A DNA stretch of 63,574 nt, the filler included, from Octopus bimaculoides (Eukaryota), in the NCBI RefSeq assembly GCF_001194135.2. It is 5 parts of 5 records of this genome, joined end to end, with 100 filler letters (N's around TTAATTAATTAA, not from the genome) between each part and the next. Parts side by side here need not be neighbours in the genome. Positions count along the whole stretch, not along the records: positions 46,263 to 59,925 come from NC_069006.1; positions 60,026 to 63,574 come from NC_068987.1; 3 more parts are not named here. One strand, 5' to 3'. Numbering within the stretch: position 1 is the first letter of the stretch; the number at the start of each line of letters is the position of its first letter. A program made the translations under genes and the position numbers. The notes beneath the pieces were generated by a model. That model had not been told where the DNA came from. It ran no database searches and saw only the letters and a program-made list of their open reading frames with translations. Shown here in pieces: positions 52,070 through 63,574 of the stretch.

Positions 52070-52826
52070 GTTTCCTGATTCGTCTTTTGTTAGTTTTTAC
52101 TTTCTCTCTCTCTCCGTTTTTCTATGTATTTATGTGTGTTACTTAATACATGTTAATTGATATTTCTTTATTTCGGGTATTTACAACTAATACAATACAT
52201 TAATTTCGATAGATTTCATGCTTAGCCGATGTATAGAACATAAAATACTGTCGTAAAGAATATTATTGTTCATGACAAATATATTTTAAATAAAATGAAA
52301 ACAATCATATTTCTACAGGGTATAGACTGCTGGGGCGGTGTACCTAAACTGTTATTTCTGAAATACGCAAGATATAACTAGAAGGTACCTTACAAGTAGG
52401 GGCTATAATGGGACTAGAAGGTTCATGGTACCTTTAGAGTATCACCTTCTCCCATTCCAATTATTTCTGTAGTCTTAGGATCTGGAACTCGAAAGAAGAC
52501 ACTGACAAGCGGATGCAATTCAATGGTTGTTTATTTCAGTTCTCATTCTTGGGGCTCGTTCCCGATGATCATCTGCATGGCAGCGCGTAGTCCGTTATTG
52601 CTCCGCTCACGTGAGGTACATCACCACTGGAGATGACGAGTAAAGTGAGAGCAGGATAAGAATCCGCGGTGAGCTGCCAGTTCGCAGTATTTCTCAAAGC
52701 AAGAAAGTGAGGAAAGGGAGAATTTCCTCAATGCGCCTCCTTAAATAGATGTTTCCCACAAGAGTCTCGCTGTGGTCTCGCACAAAATGGTGCTGGCTTC
52801 TTGTGTCACGCTACAGGGCCTATGAT

Positions 52827-52987
52827 CAGGGGCGGCTCAAGGTACCCGCAACTCGGGAAGTCGCCCGGGGCACCATGTGGTTTTTAGTCTACATTCTCAG
52901 TTTTTCTCCTTATGAAAGTTTTAAAAAATTATACTGGTGCTGAAGTTCAGCTTGCTCAGGGTGCCAACAACCCAAGGACCGGCCCTG
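52827..52987. mobile_element. hAT-type MITE
   Basis: CAGGGGCGG...CCGGCCCTG termini with an 8-bp degenerate target-site duplication (cctatgat / cctgtggt). Confidence 0.7.
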
Positions 52988-53769
52988 CCTGTGGTCACGG
53001 TATAATGAGGAAGTTTTGTTAATAATATTTAGGGATTTCATTGGTTTTCTTTATAAAATTAAGAGATGACATTGTAGTTATTTGCAGGGAATTTCATTTC
53101 TTGCCCTTTTGTTCAAATTCTCTTCTCTCATCCATTTTTTCACAACCATCGAAGCGTCAAGCGCATGTTAATTAGATGGTTGTGATCTGTAAACAGTTTT
53201 GAATATGAACTGGAAAGTGAAGAATGAACTCGCAAGGCACATGTGCACACTGAATTCATAAAACGGAAGAGATGAATTAAAAACAGAATGCACACGTTAA
53301 AGTAAAATGGAAGAGGCGAATAAAACAAGTCATATGATGGTCTGCCTGCTACGTCTGACACCACTATCATGCAACTTTGCAATAATTTTCTTGTCGATAT
53401 TGGCCTTCTCTTGTGTATTCCTCATACAGTTGTATAACTTTAATTTCTCTTTGTGCACTGACCTCTTTCTTTGGGATAACTCACCTTACAGAAATTGCTA
53501 AGGATTTCAGTCATCTTTCATCTTGATCACATGACTACTTCATCGTTGTCAGGGCAGAATACTACAGACTCAATATTCTTTTCTACTTGAGGCACAAGGC
53601 CCAAAATTTTTGGGGAGGGGGCCAGTGGATTAGATCGACCCCGGTACACAACTGTTACTTAATTTATCAACCCCAAAAGGATGAAAGGCAAAGTCGACCG
53701 CGACAGAATTTGAACTCAGAATGTAAAGACAGATGAAATACTACTAAGCATTTCACCTGGCTTGCCGCC

Positions 53770-55000
53770 TTACAACAGATGCAACATTGGTAGTCTCATG
53801 GCACTGGCAGACTTCAATGTTTCTTAAAAACATTTGTCATTGAATATCCAGCATATTGCAGAAGCAACATTGGTGATGTCATTCCATCCTTTCCAAATGT
53901 CACCTAGATCTCACACATGAAGCCAAAACACTAGTGTAGGCCTCCAGCTTTGTCTGAATCAAAATTCCAAGACAAAGCCACAAGCATCTATCCTATTTTC
54001 CAAATACATCTCTGGTATTGTAGATAAAGAGGAAGATTTCTTCATCAAGAGTATGTCATGTTCACAGAACTACCTGAATACATGAATTTACCCACAATTT
54101 CTGTCCATACATATAAATATTCAGCTCAGAGAAGGCTTTCCTGGTGCAGGTTCGTACATTACATCTGCCTTTGTTAAGCTAATTATTTGAGCTGATATAC
54201 TGCAGGCTGTTGTGAAGGAGTTAAAAAGATGGTGCATGTTCGTTTAGGAATGAGAAACAAGATCACAGTTGTCAGTATGAAGGAATTCACATATTAGTGA
54301 TGAGATCACCTTTGTTCTAGAAGCAAACAGTCTTATATTCAAAATCTTATCCATTGTTCAGTATCTGATGTAGATCCCATGGAAGCAACCTTCAAAAGCT
54401 CTCAAGTACACCACAGCACAGAACAATGCAGAGTTGGTAGTGGTATGTTCCCAAGTATATCACTGGCACTGGTATATGATGACAATTTGCACAAGGGATC
54501 TTGTGGACAAGCTCCTTAAAATGCTAGATTTTCAAATTCACTGGTGCCTATTGTTGGAGAGTAATGAATCTGTTATTTGATATTGGTTTACTCATTTGCA
54601 TCAGACAAGCAGAAATTCCATCGGGAAGTTCTTCCAGCCTAGAAACTAAGAAATGCTTTATCACAAACACAATGTCAGCCTCCCTCCTGCTATCTCCGAC
54701 CAATAAAACATGTAGTCACCACATTGTTCTGTGAAATGACCTCTTTTGTGTCTTGTTTCAGACAAGACCATCATATCCATGTTGCAGTGTTTGAAATACT
54801 AGTGTTCTGTGAGGGCAAGTTGAAGAGGATTCATAATATTATAAGGTGCAAATATTCTAGCCACTAACATTCAAAAGACAAAATTTTCTAACAAGATGGT
54901 GACCAGCCCTAAGCTGCTTTGCCCTGCAACATCTGCTGATCAAAACACTTTCACTACCATTTCAATATCCTTATTACTCTTAGTCAGTAAATTATTATAA
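53770..55000 (-). mobile_element. Degenerate RTE-BovB-like LINE RT region
   Basis: GIYIRY*TMDKILNIRLFASRTKVISSLICEFLHTDNCDLV resembles the BovB-type GIYIRYRTDGKLFNLRRL..KTKV...LQYADD. Confidence 0.6.
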
Positions 55001-55239
55001 CTTTGTTGAATGCTTTACTTTTTGAGGACTAACACCAGTCATAGCATGCAACACAACATATGTGTATATGTACATATATGCATGTGTGTGTGTATATATA
55101 AGAGCATAGACTTGAAATGTCAAAGACTTTTCCATTCTTCCTGAACATTAATCTAATACAACTGCTTGTTTTTTCACCTGTCTTTGTCTTTTGTTTTCTG
55201 TAAATTTGAACTGTGTGTATAAATATGTGTAAGTATGTA

Positions 55240-55270
<31 letters not shown>

Positions 55271-55429
55271 AGATAGGGTTGAAATCTAAGCTGTGTCCTC
55301 TTAAAGTACATCTGCTTATGTCAGTTTTACAATTTTTGTGTGAGTTATGCAAACAAGTTGAAAATACTGGAAAATATTTTCTGCAGAGTAATAGTATCAA
55401 AAGAGGAGCTGGAAAATTTTTTTGTATTA

Positions 55430-55622
55430 TTTATTCACCATTACATGTGTTACATTTGCTAATAGGAGTTACAAAACTATACACGAAGTAGAAAACATAT
55501 ATCTGTTATTAGAAATGCTTCTGACAGAGAATTTCTAATAGGAGATATCTTACATGTTTTCCACAACATATATGGTTTTGTAACTCCTATTAGTAGATGA
55601 AACATGTATGATGGTGAATAAA
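55430..55622. mobile_element. Palindromic MITE
   Basis: tttattcacca..acatgt...ctaataggagttacaaaac pairs with gttttgtaactcctattag...acatgt..tggtgaataaa. Confidence 0.75.
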
Positions 55623-55743
55623 TTTTCCAATCTCCCATTTTGGTATATATATATATATATATATATACTAGACTGCCTGTAACCCATTGAGTCACCAATA
55701 GTGCAAAGTACCCATATCTTGGGAACCTGTAGTCTGATTTAAG

Positions 55744-56015
55744 CGAAACTTGTTTTATTCCATTTGTATTCACATTTCAATCAGGTCTTGCTTTCAGAGT
55801 ATTTTTCCATTCTGTGCTGGCTTGGCTATTTATAAAGGTGTTCACAGTAAAGGGAAATAACTCCAGGTTTCACTGCTTAAATTTGTGGAAGCAAACCCCA
55901 AAATTTTGCATATCTCAGGAATTCGTGGTCCAGTTTACACGAAACTTGTTTTATTCTGTTTGTATTCACATTTCAGGGGCTTTCAGAGTTTTTTCCCATT
56001 ATGTGCTGGTTTGGT
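55744..56015. repeat. About 80-bp direct repeat, about 195 bp apart
   Basis: cgaaacttgttttattc..tttgtattcacatttca...gctttcagagt...tgtgctgg occurs twice. Confidence 0.8.
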
Positions 56016-56759
56016 TGTATTAAATTACAAACAAGAACGCAAGAAGCATTCACAGAGCTTTAGTAGTATATAGATATATATATACATGAATAGAAGTAAA
56101 AAGAAATGAAGTTGAAAATGCACTTGGAGTCTTTAAGAAGATTTATTTACATGAACTTTAACTGGTTTCACAATTTTATGATTTTCTAAAGTAGAGTGTG
56201 ACACAGGTCTATACTGTAATTCTAGGATGTGATTTATGGGAAATTTGGCCGTTATTTCTAGGAGATCAAATGATCATGTAGAGGCCCCTTCATTGACCCA
56301 TAAACTGGATGCTGCTACTGATGTTGTTTAGCTCCAGGTCAACCCTGATTAAGCCACTCTATGATAAAATGCATTCCAGCCATAGCCATCCTGTCTTCTA
56401 AAGGTATCTAGATTTTCTTTGTGCTCTTTCTTTGTATAAGATGGTTGGGTATAATTTAATGAAGATTTAGTTGTTATTGCTGGCAGTTCTAGTGGTTACT
56501 TCGATGCTCACTTGATGGTGTTGCTGCTATTCTTGATGTAGATGTTGTTGCTGTTGTTATAGGTGTTCTTATAGTTGTACTGGTCATTGTGTTCCTCACA
56601 GCAAGTGTTGTTGAAGTAATTTAGTTTCCCTATTGGTTAATGGTTTAACTTTAAATATTATTTTTATTTATTCATTTATTTGCTTATTTATTTTGCATCC
56701 CTCTAAGGTCAGAATTCTCCAACTTTGGGCAACTCTTGAAATATGTTCCAGCTATCAAT

Positions 56760-57110
56760 GAAACCCTATTCATAAAACTCGTAATTATGTATGCTTATTA
56801 CCTACTGGAATGTCATACTCAAGTCATCTAGGTTTCAATTGACATCATGGAATGAAAAGTTGGAAACCTGAGAATAAAAGAAGCCATCATCATCAACAAA
56901 ACCAAACCCTGTATAAACAACAGAACTTAGTAGCACACAGCTGTCTGGCTGTTACAGCAATGCTGTCCCGTGCATGCAAAGCGGCCCCTCTGTACACACA
57001 CACATACACTACAGAGTAGAAAAGACAGCTTACGACACCAAATCTCTGGAGATTTCCTGAAGAAGGAATCTTAAGCCCAAAATGTCAGAATACAACATAA
57101 AAATATTTAC
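56760..57110 (+). mobile_element. Penelope-like element 3' end (GIY-YIG C-terminus plus decayed hammerhead)
   Basis: LRIKEAIIINKTKPCINNRT* at 56868-56930; ctgaagaagg...cccaaaatgtcag at 57057-57088. Confidence 0.65.
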
Positions 57111-57707
57111 TATTGACTTCTCTTATTTCATATAACTCACATTGTTTTGATTTTGAGGGTTAGGGTTACAGTTAAGGTTTAAGGTATGGTAATATTTCTT
57201 GCAGGACCCTCAATTCATGGAAGCCTCCCTTCCTACCCAGTTGTGAAATGCTGCAGAAAGACTTTGTGTTCCCTGATACATTCATATATTCTATTTCATT
57301 TACTTTATCAACTGATTAAAAACTTCAAAAGCTAACATTTGGTTTCATTTTTAGAATATGGGTTGGAGTCTAAGGGGTCAAAGCTATTATTGGGTTTGGA
57401 ATGATACCTAGGGGTCACTAAAATACAATACAAGAATCAATTGTAAAAATAACCCTGGTGTTATTGTTAAACTGCTGCTGAATTAGACGTCAAAATAACC
57501 AATGGTAAAAAAGCCTTCTATCCTTGACCCTCCATCTTTTCAGGCTGTTTATCTCATTGCACATTAATCAAATAGGTCTTCCTTTCCTTTTAATTTTCAA
57601 GATAGTAGGATGTGACTTGAAGATATATTGTTGCTATGTTTAGCAGGCCAGACAATGAAGAAGAGGCTACCTTACTGGTGCCATTGGTTAAGGTTAGTGT
57701 CAAAGAC

Positions 57708-58400
57708 TCACACGTAAAATTCTACGCAACCATATTCCTCACAGGTCTTTGCCTCCCCACCATATCTAACTAGACGAGCATCATTGGTGTGCAGGCCAAC
57801 AAAACAATAACCAGTGTTTTGATTGGTTATATTCTCTGTATAAATGAAGACATTCTTAAGATAGAAAGTTTTACCACAGAGACGACAGAAAAAATTCGAT
57901 CCTTTGTCATCTTGTTGAATTTTACGAACATACTGAACAGAATGGCGCAACAAACAATGCTCTTTGTCCATCGGGTTATATTGTTTGTGACAGCGTGCAC
58001 AGTGGTAGTTGTTGTATGTCGAGAAATGATTACGGGGGAAAATTATACCCAGTGCTATAATGTCTTTTGAGTTACGGTACTCCAATGTCCTGAGAAGAAT
58101 TTGTTGCAATATATCTGGATCAGTTCGGTTTATGAAATCCCTTATTCTCAGGTATTCATTACTGATGTAAGCACTTTTAACAGCTGAGCTTAGGTTATGA
58201 TTCTCTGCTGTTCTTGATGGAGACAACGGTGTCAAATCCATGTTCATTTTTGGAGAATCAAGTAGAGGTGAAGGAAGATGTTCGTTAGTTCGTTGTAGAG
58301 TCCGATATTTCCGTCCAGTAGATTGCTTTTGTCTTGGAGTTTTATCTCTTTCATACAAATGTAAAAGATCATCAGCACTGACATATCTCCGCAAATCCAT
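57708..58400 (-). CDS. Uncharacterised 230-aa protein with a Cys/His-rich, putatively zinc-binding C-terminal domain
   Basis: Long uninterrupted non-repetitive ORF with HCARCH-x10-C-x3-H, CRLC, CFVGLHT and TCEEYGC. A splice-acceptor-like ttttggcAG at 58415-58416 precedes an in-frame ATG (MDLRRY) at 58400, so an upstream exon is likely. Confidence 0.75.
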   Translation of the reverse strand: MDLRRYVSADDLLHLYERDKTPRQKQSTGRKYRTLQRTNEHLPSPLLDSPKMNMDLTPLSPSRTAENHNLSSAVKSAYISNEYLRIRDFINRTDPDILQQILLRTLEYRNSKDIIALGIIFPRNHFSTYNNYHCARCHKQYNPMDKEHCLLRHSVQYVRKIQQDDKGSNFFCRLCGKTFYLKNVFIYTENITNQNTGYCFVGLHTNDARLVRYGGEAKTCEEYGCVEFYV

Positions 58401-58642
58401 TCTGGTTCCTCCACCTGCCAAAAATTTTTTTAAAAAGCAAGAAATGGAAACAATATGTACATAAGGGATCATAAAATGCTATTAATCACTTTAATCATGC
58501 TAAACTCAGTATACCACCAATCAGCTTAATCACAACAGACTCAGAAATTCATTGAAATTAATACTTCATGAAGAAGGATTCAAAATGGGTTAATCCTTAG
58601 GAGGTCATGTGATTAACTCCAGCACGGCCACAGTCAAATGAC

Positions 58643-58978
58643 TGTGTGGCACCTTGGGTAAGTGTCTTCTACTATAGCCTCGGGCCGACCAAAGCCTTGT
58701 GAGTGCATTTGGTAGACGAAAACTGAAAGAAGCCTGTCGTATATATATATGTGTGTGTGTGTGTGTATCTGTGTGTCTGTGTTTGTCCCCCCACCATCGC
58801 TTGACAACCGATGCTGGTGTGTTTACGTCCCCGTAACTTAGCAGTTCGGCAAAAGAGACCGATAGAATAAGTACTAGGCTTCCAAAGAATAAGTCCTGGG
58901 GGTCGATTTGCTTGACTAAAGGCGGTGCTCCAGCATGGCCGCAGTCAAATGATTGAAACAAGTAAAAGAGTAAAAGAG
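58643..58978 (+). mobile_element. SINE family A
   Basis: High similarity to 46711-47085. Confidence 0.85.
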
Positions 58979-59234
58979 TATATATATATGTACGCAGATC
59001 GTTGCCAGTGCCCCTGGACTGGCTTGTGCGGGNNNNNNNNNNNNNNNNNNNNNNNNNNNNNNNNNNNNNNNNNNNNNNNNNNNNNNNNNNNNNNNNNNNN
59101 NNNNNNNNNNNNNNNNNNNNNNNNNNNNNNNNNNNNNNNNNNNNNNNNNNNNNNNNNNNNNNNNNNNNNNNNNNNNNNNNNNNNNNNNNNNNNNNNNNNN
59201 NNNNNNNNNNNNNNNNNNNNNNNNNNNNNNNNGT

Positions 59235-59418
59235 AAAAGCACCCACTACACTCTCTGAGTGGTTGGCCTTAGGAAGGGCATCCAGCTGTAGAAACTCTGC
59301 CAAATTAGACTGGAGCCTGGTGTTGCCATCCGGTTTCACCAGTCCTCAGTCAAATCGTCCAACCCATGCTAGCATGGAAAGCGGACGTTAAACGACGATG
59401 ATGATGATGATGATGATG
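59235..59418 (+). mobile_element. RTE-tail-derived SINE/LINE 3' end
   Basis: ggaagggcatccagctgtagaaac...acgttaaacgacgatgatgatg. Confidence 0.75.
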
Positions 59419-60065
59419 TACGCACAAACACATACATTCTTACATACATATATATATATATAAGATACATCTTACTTTGTATAACTGCAGAAATTAAACA
59501 CACACACAGTGTGTGTGTGTGTGTGTGAGGGCAGGGAGGAATCTGTATAATGAGGACAGCACAACTATTGATTGAGTAGTGGCTGCTAATCTGGGATTAA
59601 GTCTGTTGTAAATCCACTTTAACGGTATTAAGGACATATAACAAGTATAACAGCAACACAGAGAGCAGGAGGAATAAAAGGGAAGGGTTTGCCACACACA
59701 CACACACGTGTGTATGCATGTATGTTTGCAGGAATGCATATGTGTGTGTGTGTTTGTGTGTGTGCATGGAACCAATTTGATTGATAGAGACCCTGAGATA
59801 CAGCTTGAGTGTAATCAAGTGCAAAGCAGAGCAATGCAGAGGAACAAATGAAGTCATTAAAAAACAAATTCTTAAGCTTCCCAATGGTTGGGATGGTCGG
59901 GAAGCATATGTGATATATATATATANNNNNNNNNNNNNNNNNNNNNNNNNNNNNNNNNNNNNNNNNNNNTTAATTAATTAANNNNNNNNNNNNNNNNNNN
60001 NNNNNNNNNNNNNNNNNNNNNNNNNGACCTTTTGGGGAAAGCTTCCTCTCGGCCCATTGCCGGGC

Positions 60066-60107
<42 letters not shown>

Positions 60108-60634
60108 CATACATACATACATACATACATACATACATAGCTTGTCTCATGAACATACATTAACGTTGGTCCCAAACTTTTGTGATATCTGCAGAACAGA
60201 AAGTATAAATTTACATAGACAGCCTTCTATTGCCCAGTAGAGGCTTCAGAAAATCGCTCGATAAAGCCTACGTAAATCTTCCTTAAATGGTCTCTGTACA
60301 GATTCTAGCATACAGTAGACATTGAGCTGTATATTAATCATTTTATTAATCACTCAGTAGTAGTAGAGTCATCGTTGTCCAGCGACTGACCAGAGAGATT
60401 TAAACAAATTGTTAGCGCTAAACGTGGGCTGTGATGGACAACAATCTTGAAATGCTAGCCAGTATTGGAGAGATATTTGATATGCATGGATAGTTCCATG
60501 CTGGAATATTGAAACATATATATTCATAATACATAACGACGTATACATTAAATGTATGTATGTATGTATGTATGTGTATATATGCACACACACACATACA
60601 CACACGCACATGTATGTGTATATACAAACACACG

Positions 60635-60667
<33 letters not shown>

Positions 60668-61123
60668 ATATATATATGTACATATTCATATATATATATA
60701 TACTCATATATATACGTATATATGTATATATATGTGTGTGTGTGTGTGTATGTGTGTGTGTGTATGTGTGTGTGTATGTGTGAGAGAGAGAGAGAGAGAG
60801 GGAGTTTGTATAAGATAATCATATAGACAGACAAACATACACGCGTGTGTGTGCTGTATGCATATAAGCATGAATATTGTTGATTAATTAATTTTGACAC
60901 TGTCTAATGTACCTAAGCCTACGAATGTATATAAATGCCTTATTGTATGATTATAAGTGTGCATCTCCATGCGTTTGTGTTGCGTGCGCGCATGTGTGTG
61001 TATGTGTGTGTGTGTGTTAAATATATTCATATATTCTCCTACATTTGTATCTTTCCATATGTACAATATATCCTTTCATTCTTAAATATGATTACTACGC
61101 ACGTATTTATTTATTTATTTATT

Positions 61124-61125
61124 GG

Positions 61126-61182
<57 letters not shown>
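61124..61182. repeat. (GATA)n microsatellite; another (GATA)n(CATA)n at about 60066-60139
   Basis: Directly visible. Confidence 0.95.
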
Positions 61183-61185
<3 letters not shown>

Positions 61186-61199
61186 CATATGCCTTCATA

Positions 61200-62095
61200 T
61201 ATATGTACATATGTTCAAATATATATAGCTACGCAGACGATACGAAAGTATTGCAGAAAATACAGAATTCCAGCGATGTTGCACACTTGCAGCAGGAGTT
61301 GGACCATTTTACAGATGGACTGAGAATAATATGCAGTTTAATGCTGAAAAACTCCAAGCCCTGCACTACCAGCGTCCAAAACTGAATACAGAACTTACTG
61401 GATACACTAGGGATTACAATCCCAGAGCCTAAATCAGTGAGGGACCTGGGTATTGACATGAGTGATGATACTTCTTTCCAAGTGCACATTACCAGGATGG
61501 CGACAAAGTGCAGACGACTGGCTGGATGGATCCTAATAACGTTCTGAACCAGAGAACAGAAAACCATGATGGTCCTCTGGAGGACATTCGTCCTCAGCCT
61601 CCTGGATTACTGTTCATAGCTAGTGTCATCCAACAGTGTAAGATTAACAGCGGACCTTGAAGCAATCCAGCGAAGCTTCACATAGAAGCAACAGCTCAGA
61701 TACTGGGGAAGGCTGAAGCAGCTAATACTCTACTCCTTTGAGCGAAGGTGGGAGAGATATGCAGTAATATACATCTAGAAGATCCTGGAAGGAATTGTGC
61801 CAAAATTTGGCATTCAAAGCTACAACAATGCCAGAACAGGTTGACACTATACAGTGCCAAAGATCCCAGCAATGCCATTGCGCTTCAGGGGCCCACAGCT
61901 TTTTGATATTCTCCCAAAGAGGGTGAGGGACCTACACAAAGTGCATGTAGGTGTTTTTAAATCAAAGCTGGACCTCTTCCTGTCGAGAGTCTCAGATGAA
62001 CCTACTCCACGGCAAGAGGTGCAAATGAGGGTAGCGACATCAAACTCTATTCTTCACCAAGTGCCAAATATTAGAGGAGGCTCTCAGTAATAACA
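61200..62095 (+). mobile_element. 5'-truncated CR1/L2-group LINE (RT end to 3' end)
   Basis: YADDTKV, DLGIDMSDD..F..HI, LLDYCS and LRFRGPQLFDILP...FKSKLDLFL. Confidence 0.85.
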
Positions 62096-62182
62096 GTGTA
62101 GCAAAACGACGATGTCCCAGCATGGCCACAACGCTGAGCTGAGACAACAAAATGACAAAAAGAAAAGAAATATATATACACA

Positions 62183-62261
<79 letters not shown>

Positions 62262-63335
62262 CTGTGTGTATTTTAGGAAGTTAAAAGTTATGTCCAGTGA
62301 TAGAATGACCATTGGTTTCGCACCCATAAAGCGCTTAGCAGTATAGGCGAGTCGTTAGACTCAAATGGTTGAAAGCTTATATGATGGTTTTCCACTCCTG
62401 ATCCAAAGAAGTCTATTACTGACTATTGCCCATGCAAAATGCCAGTAATAGTCGTTCAAACCACGGCTTCCACACTGACCACGGCAACCTCTTACACATA
62501 CATATATATCCGACGAAGGAATATGTCCGAAACGTTATACTTTCACATTCTAATATCTTCATTCAATATGAACGCCAGCCTAATAATATCAACTGTTAAC
62601 GTCCCTTAAACTCTTGTTTTTCTTATTTCTAGTTACTTTGCCATATATTTCTTCATTGATTCGCACTCATTTTTACTATTTCTTTGTTCTTGTCCTTGTC
62701 CGTGTCGCTGTAGATTATCAGATATATGAACAAATCAGATATGAACAAGCAGATCGCTTAAGTTTGGGCATATCGTTTTAGAAAATGAAGATCACACGCT
62801 AATATAATTTATCTAAAACCTTAGCTTAGCTAAGGTGTAAAATGCAGTACCAATAACTCTTTTCAGGATCTCCTAAGACGATTTTGTAACCAGAAGCATG
62901 GCCGAAATGCTTGCAATATTGTTAACTCCGCAAAATGCACCCAAGAATCAGTCAGAGAGCAAACACAGAATCTGTGGGAAAACGAGACGAAAGGATTAAC
63001 CATCTATTGAGTGAAGCAACAAACTAACAAGCGCTAAAATAGTGTAAGCTCAGGCATGAGTGTGTAGGTGAGAAAAGGTGCATAGGACTTTTAACTGAGT
63101 GTATGGATTCAAAGTAGCAGAACATGGTATGAGCGCTGTGACAGAGAATAATAACAATAGCAGGATTTAACGGGAGTTCCTTGTGTCTGATGATACTGTT
63201 GAAGACCAGATATGATTATAGATTGTAAAAAAAGGAAGACAAAAACAAAAACACAGTAAACAAGGTAAGATTATAAGCTTTATAAAACCATATGATAATA
63301 GATGACTATAATATTAATAATAATAATAATAATAG

Positions 63336-63560
63336 GTAAAGTATGAGAAGGCATCAAGAGGAATATAAAGGAAATTGGAATACAATGCTCAGTAGAACTG
63401 TTACAAAAGGTTTGCTTCCTTAGCACGACCAGAATATTCAGGAAAGTATTAGATCGTTGAAAAGAACGGATAGCAGGGTACCGTAGGTTGCAGGTAGTAA
63501 GCCCGCTACACATGAAAGACTCCAGGAGCTCCAACAAAACCTGTGATAAAAAGAAATAAT
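63336..63560 (+). mobile_element. R4/Dong-clade element extreme 3' end
   Basis: EIGIQCSVELLQKVCFLSTTRIFRKVLDR* resembles the LQK..LLGTARILRKVL C-terminus; preceded by (AAT)n. Confidence 0.6.
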
Positions 63561-63574
63561 GATAACCCTTTCTA

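Noticed and set aside
57154-57184. Telomere-like (TTAGGG) degenerate run
   Set aside because: Only one exact unit; too short and degenerate to support an interstitial telomere.

Overview
AT-rich, repeat-saturated animal genomic scaffold with many N gaps. The SINE, RTE and microsatellite content looks cephalopod (Octopus-like); this is an inference, not a database match. Most of the window is decayed mobile DNA: L1/Tx1, CR1-like, RTE, BovB-like and R4/Dong LINEs; Gypsy LTR fragments; Penelope-like (PLE) remnants; Tc1/mariner, Chapaev3, piggyBac- and hAT-type MITEs; several SINE families; microsatellites; and a 62-bp satellite. Two host-gene candidates lie on the minus strand. One (50950-52015, interrupted by a gap) has an N-terminal CARD-like death fold followed by 17-aa tandem repeats, each carrying an ATM/ATR-type S/T-Q site. 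The other (57708-58400) is an orphan protein with a Cys/His-rich, probably zinc-binding C-terminal domain. The most striking non-coding signal is an apparently intact minimal type I hammerhead ribozyme (12276-12335, minus strand) inside a 496-bp unit bounded by 92-bp direct repeats, a retrozyme or PLE-terminus architecture. At least seven further near-intact or decayed hammerhead-like motifs occur in PLE-like remnants across the window. All structural and homology calls were made by eye and need computational confirmation. Most boundaries of decayed elements are approximate.
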